From Longimicrobiales bacterium (GTDB taxonomy: Bacteria; Gemmatimonadota; Gemmatimonadetes; Longimicrobiales; Gaopeijiaceae): a DNA stretch of 64,000 nucleotides. The notes beneath the pieces are model-generated. The model worked only from the letters and a program-made list of their open reading frames with translations. It did no database searches and was not told the DNA's origin. Position 1 is the stretch's first letter, and each line of letters starts with the position of its first letter. The stretch is from the NCBI GenBank assembly GCA_965197725.1, contig CBDANQ010000061.1, positions 160,001 through 224,000 of the forward strand, written 5' to 3'. Below are positions 60,084-64,000 of the stretch, piece by piece. A program made the position numbers and the translations under genes.

Positions 60084-60326
60084 TCAGTCTTCGCGGTTTT
60101 CCTTCAGATATGTGATCGCATCGCCAACGGTCCGCATCTTCTCCGCATCCTCATCCGGAATGTCCAGTCCGAATTCCTCCTCGAACGCCATCACGAGCTC
60201 GACCGTGTCCAGGGAGTCGGCACCCAGATCCTCAACGAACGAAGCGTCGTCCGTGACCTTCTCAGGCTCGAGACCCAACTCGTTTATGATGATCTCGCGC
60301 ACACGGGCCTCGATGGGCTCGCTCAT
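60084..60326 (-). CDS. acpP: Acyl carrier protein
   Basis: [14 protein letters not shown]. Confidence 0.98.
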   Translation of the reverse strand: MSEPIEARVREIIINELGLEPEKVTDDASFVEDLGADSLDTVELVMAFEEEFGLDIPDEDAEKMRTVGDAITYLKENRED

Positions 60327-60365
60327 GTCCCCTCCTGTTCGTTACGAAAAGGGCGGTGTGGCCAA

Positions 60366-61109
60366 CTACATGACCATGCCGCCATCGACCGCCAAGACCT
60401 GGCCGGTAATGTAGCGCGCAGCAGGGCTCACGAGAAACCGCACGACGCCCGAAATATCGTCCGTCTCACCGAGCCGCCCGAGGGGGATCTGGCCCTGTAG
60501 GCCCTCGATCTGATCCTCGGTCAGCTGCGCGGTCATGTCGGTGCGAATGAAGCCGGGCGCGAGCGCGTTACAACGGACCCCCCTGGAAGCCAATTCCCTG
60601 GCCACGCTCTTGGTCATCCCGATCATACCAGCCTTGGATGCGGCGTAGTTGGTCTGCCCCGCGTTGCCGACGAGCCCCACGACGGACGCGATGTTCAGGA
60701 TCACGCCGTCGCGCTTCTTCATCATGCCACGCGTTACAGAACGAGTGAAGTTGAACGCACCCTTTAGGTTAGCGGCTATCACCTCATCGAACTCCTCATC
60801 TTTCATGCGCAGTAGGATGTTGTCCCGCGTGAGGCCTGCGTTGTTGATGAGGATGTCGATCGGGCCCAGGTCTTCCTGGACAGCCGCTACGGTGTCCGAG
60901 ACCTGCGTCGAGTCCGCCACGTCACACGCGAAGCCTCGGTGTCCCTCGCCCGACAGGGCGGCCGCGGCCTCCTTGGCGCGCTCACCGTTGCGGCCGATCA
61001 CGGCGATCTTGGCTCCCGCGTCCGCGAGCGACTCCGCGATCGCGAGTCCGATCCCCCGCGATCCACCTGTGACGATGGCGACCTTGTCTTCGAGCTCTCG
61101 CGCGCTCAT
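60366..61109 (-). CDS. fabG: 3-oxoacyl-ACP reductase
   Basis: TGGSRGIG, NNAG, YAASK. Confidence 0.96.
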   Translation of the reverse strand: MSARELEDKVAIVTGGSRGIGLAIAESLADAGAKIAVIGRNGERAKEAAAALSGEGHRGFACDVADSTQVSDTVAAVQEDLGPIDILINNAGLTRDNILLRMKDEEFDEVIAANLKGAFNFTRSVTRGMMKKRDGVILNIASVVGLVGNAGQTNYAASKAGMIGMTKSVARELASRGVRCNALAPGFIRTDMTAQLTEDQIEGLQGQIPLGRLGETDDISGVVRFLVSPAARYITGQVLAVDGGMVM

Positions 61110-61138
61110 CTCGTCAAAGCTCCCGTTGTGAAGCGCCT

Positions 61139-62062
61139 TCAGGCGCCCTCTTGTAGTGGCGCAAGGTCCTCAGGCTCCCCGATGGAACCGCACGGGACTC
61201 CCTTCGCGTTGAGCCGATTCAAGCCACGCAAGACGGAGCCGGGTCCGACCTCGAGGAAGCGGTCCGCACCCGCTTCGACCATCGCAGCCACCGAGGCGCT
61301 CCACCGCACCGGCAACGTGAGTTGCTCGACCAGCAGCTTCCGTGCCTCGGCGCCGCTCGTGACCGGCCTCGCCGTGACGTTGGAGAACACTGGGTATGCC
61401 GGATCCTGAAAGTCGATCGATTCGAGCTTGTCTCTCAGGCCGTCCGCGGCGGGCTCCATGAGCGAAGAATGGAACGCCCCGGACACGTTCAAGAGCACAA
61501 CCCTCCTCGCACCAGCCGCCAGCGCGCGCTCCATCCCCTGCTTCACGCCGGCGACGTCGCCGCTGATGACGACCTGACCGCTCGCGTTGAAGTTGGCGGG
61601 CACGCAGACACCGACATCGACCGCCGCACACAGCGCCTCGATCTCGTCGTCACTCAGACCGAGCACCGCGGCCATGGTTCCCGGCCGTTCCTGGCCCGCT
61701 CGGAACATCAGCTCACCTCTGAGACGAACCGCATCAAGCGCGTCTGTGTACCTGAGCGTACCTGCAGCCACGTGCGCGCTGAACTCGCCCAACGAGTGCC
61801 CGGCGGCGAAAGCTACGGGACCGAGCTCGTCTGCGACGACCCGCAGCACGGCCACCGAGTGGGCGAGGATCGCCGGCTGAGCGTTCTTGGTTGCGGTGAG
61901 CTCATCCTCGGGGCCCTCCGCCATGAGACCGGAGAGTGAGAAGCCCAGGACCTCGTCTGCCGTGGCAAACACGGCGTCGGCCCTGGCATCTGAAAGGGCG
62001 AGCGCACGGCCCATACCCACCGCCTGTGAGCCCTGCCCGGGGAAGATCAGTGCGAGAGACAC
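61139..62062 (-). CDS. fabD: Malonyl-CoA:ACP transacylase
   Basis: FPGQGSQ, GHSLGE, AFHS. Confidence 0.96.
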   Translation of the reverse strand: MSLALIFPGQGSQAVGMGRALALSDARADAVFATADEVLGFSLSGLMAEGPEDELTATKNAQPAILAHSVAVLRVVADELGPVAFAAGHSLGEFSAHVAAGTLRYTDALDAVRLRGELMFRAGQERPGTMAAVLGLSDDEIEALCAAVDVGVCVPANFNASGQVVISGDVAGVKQGMERALAAGARRVVLLNVSGAFHSSLMEPAADGLRDKLESIDFQDPAYPVFSNVTARPVTSGAEARKLLVEQLTLPVRWSASVAAMVEAGADRFLEVGPGSVLRGLNRLNAKGVPCGSIGEPEDLAPLQEGA

Positions 62063-62078
62063 GTTCGGCCCCTTTCCG

Positions 62079-63074
62079 CTACCAGCGGAGCGCCATCGCG
62101 CCCCATGTGAAGCCCGCGCCAAATGCGACGAGGAGCACGTTGGAGCCCGGTGCGACGAGCCCCTTCTCCACTGCTTCATCGACCGCGATGGGGACCGTCG
62201 CGGAGCTCATGTTCCCGTATCGGTCGACGTTGACGTAGACCCGGTCCATCGGGACGCCGGCGTGTTTGGCGGTTGACTCGATGATCCTCATGTTCGCCTG
62301 GTGCGGGATGAGAATATCGACGTCGTCCGAAGTCAGGCCCGCGGTTTGCAGCGCGTGATCGCACGCCTCAGCCATGTTTCGAACAGCATGCTTGAAGACC
62401 TCCCGGCCCTTCATGCGAACCAGGTGGCTCTTGTCGTCGAGCACGGCTTGACTCATTGGGTGCAAAGCTCCACCGGCCGGTCGATACAACAGCTCGCCGA
62501 GATTCCCGTCCGACCGGAGGTGGCTCGACAGGATTCCACGCCCCGAGGCGTTGGCGGGGCGAACGACAGCCGCTCCACCGCCGTCGCCGAAGAGCACGCA
62601 GGTGGAGCGGTCCTCCCAATCGACGATCGAGCTCATCTTCTCGGCAGAGACGACGAGAGCCACTTCCCCTCGACCAGCGGTCAGGTACCCCTCTGCCAGG
62701 GTCAGGCCGTATATGAAACCCGTACAGGCCGCCACCAGGTCGAAGGCCACCGCGTTGCTGCACCCGAGCTGGGCCTGAATGTCACACGCGGTCGACGGCA
62801 GAAACCGGTCCGGCGTCGATGTGGCAACGATGAGCACGTCGACCTCGCCCGGCTCGACGCCGGCGCTTCGCATCGCGTGCCTAGCGGCGCCGGTTCCCAT
62901 ATCGGCGGCACCCATGTCGTCCGGCGCGATGCGACGCTCCCGGATCCCGGTGCGAGTGCGGATCCACTCGTCCGAGGTATCGAGCGTTTTGGCGAGGTCC
63001 TCGTTGGTCACGACCTTGTCCGGAAGGAACCGGCCGGTGCCCGCGATCTCGACCAGCGGTTTCGGCTTTCTCAT
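62079..63074 (-). CDS. fabH: 3-oxoacyl-ACP synthase III
   Basis: AACTGF, PHQAN, YGNMSSA. Confidence 0.96.
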   Translation of the reverse strand: MRKPKPLVEIAGTGRFLPDKVVTNEDLAKTLDTSDEWIRTRTGIRERRIAPDDMGAADMGTGAARHAMRSAGVEPGEVDVLIVATSTPDRFLPSTACDIQAQLGCSNAVAFDLVAACTGFIYGLTLAEGYLTAGRGEVALVVSAEKMSSIVDWEDRSTCVLFGDGGGAAVVRPANASGRGILSSHLRSDGNLGELLYRPAGGALHPMSQAVLDDKSHLVRMKGREVFKHAVRNMAEACDHALQTAGLTSDDVDILIPHQANMRIIESTAKHAGVPMDRVYVNVDRYGNMSSATVPIAVDEAVEKGLVAPGSNVLLVAFGAGFTWGAMALRW

Positions 63075-64000
63075 GACGCCTCCATCGAGGAGGGTCCAAG
63101 CGCCAGGGCGACCTCCTGAGCACTGTGCCTGACCATGTCCGAGCGGACCGCCTTCGCGGCTAGCGCGAGCGCGTTACGGATAGCCTTCGGAGTCGACTTT
63201 CCGTGGCAGATCACCGAGACGCCTCCGACACCCAGGAGGGGTGCTCCCCCTGTCTCCGCGTAGTCGAGAACCCGGAACGTGCGATCGAGGTCGAGGCCGT
63301 CCTCGGCCTTCCCTTTTCGCTCCGCCTCGACCAGACCGATGATGAACTGCGCGACCGACTCATAGAACTTCAAGAGTACGTTCCCCACGAAACCGTCGCA
63401 CACCACCACGTCACAGACACCGTTGATGATGTCCCGCCCCTCGACGTTGCCCACGAAGTTGAGCCCCGCCTCTCGGCTCAAGAGTCGATGGGTTTCAGAC
63501 GTGAGCTCGTCACCCTTGCCCGGCTCCTCTCCGATGTTCAGCAGCGCGATTCTCGGGTCCGACCGTCCCATCATGTCCTGGGCGTAGATGTTGCCGAGAT
63601 GAGCGAACTGGACGAGGTGGTGGGGCTTGCAGTCGACGTTCGCACCCGCGTCGAGCAGGAGAACTGGGGCGCCGGATGACGGCAACGTCGTCGCGACCGA
63701 AGGACGATCCACGCCGGGCAGTGGACGCAGCGTGAAGAGCGACGTCGCCATGATCGCTCCGGTGGAGCCGGCGCTGACGAAGGCATGCCCCGCGCCGTCC
63801 CCGTGGAGCTTGAGCCCCACCACCAGCGAAGAATCGGGATTGCGGCGGATCACTTTCGAAGGCGACTCCTCCGGCGTGACCCGGTTCGGCGCGTGGTGGA
63901 TCGATAGCCGATCGGGAATCTCGTCGTGCTGTCGGAACTCCGCCTCGATCGTCTCCCGATCGCCCACGAGAACGATCTCGACGTCGGAGTCGAGTTCCTT
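63071..64000 (-). CDS. plsX: Phosphate acyltransferase PlsX (5' end outside the window)
   Basis: SAGSTGA, LDAGAN, NIGEE, DGFVGN, HG.S. Confidence 0.95.
   Translation of the reverse strand, partial: KELDSDVEIVLVGDRETIEAEFRQHDEIPDRLSIHHAPNRVTPEESPSKVIRRNPDSSLVVGLKLHGDGAGHAFVSAGSTGAIMATSLFTLRPLPGVDRPSVATTLPSSGAPVLLLDAGANVDCKPHHLVQFAHLGNIYAQDMMGRSDPRIALLNIGEEPGKGDELTSETHRLLSREAGLNFVGNVEGRDIINGVCDVVVCDGFVGNVLLKFYESVAQFIIGLVEAERKGKAEDGLDLDRTFRVLDYAETGGAPLLGVGGVSVICHGKSTPKAIRNALALAAKAVRSDMVRHSAQEVALALGPSSMEAS

Overview
GC-rich bacterial chromosome segment. Gene content (SusC/SusD pair, several Ser/Thr-kinase–TolB-propeller paralog pieces, PD40–Omp85 fusion, lptE/lpxH/rfaE, fab cluster) suggests a Gemmatimonadota-like diderm; this is an inference. 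Core genes: DAACS transporter, ppk1 fusion, infA, a two-component pair, type IV pilin, rdgB-rph-rfaE2-lptE, lpxH, deoC plus ALDH, ridA-rfaE1-tlpA, sat/cysC, mlaEFD, nadE, ctpA, xerD, ispF, plsX-fabH-fabD-fabG-acpP-fabF. There are two decayed accessory regions. One (~12.3-23.6 kb) lies 3' of tRNA-Pro(TGG) and holds a frameshifted RCC1 gene, several gene scraps and an intact SusC-SusD-DUF5819-like-HTTM cassette. The other is a ~2.9 kb remnant integrated in tRNA-Sec, bounded by a 75-bp direct repeat and carrying an integrase fragment. The best candidate novel system is a polyphosphate locus: PPK1 fused to degenerate CYTH- and NUDIX-like domains, next to a DUF4956 membrane protein and a divergent secreted CotH-like kinase. 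Several single-base homopolymer frameshifts and exact tandem duplications may be assembly artefacts. All family calls are by motif recognition only; no database searches were run.
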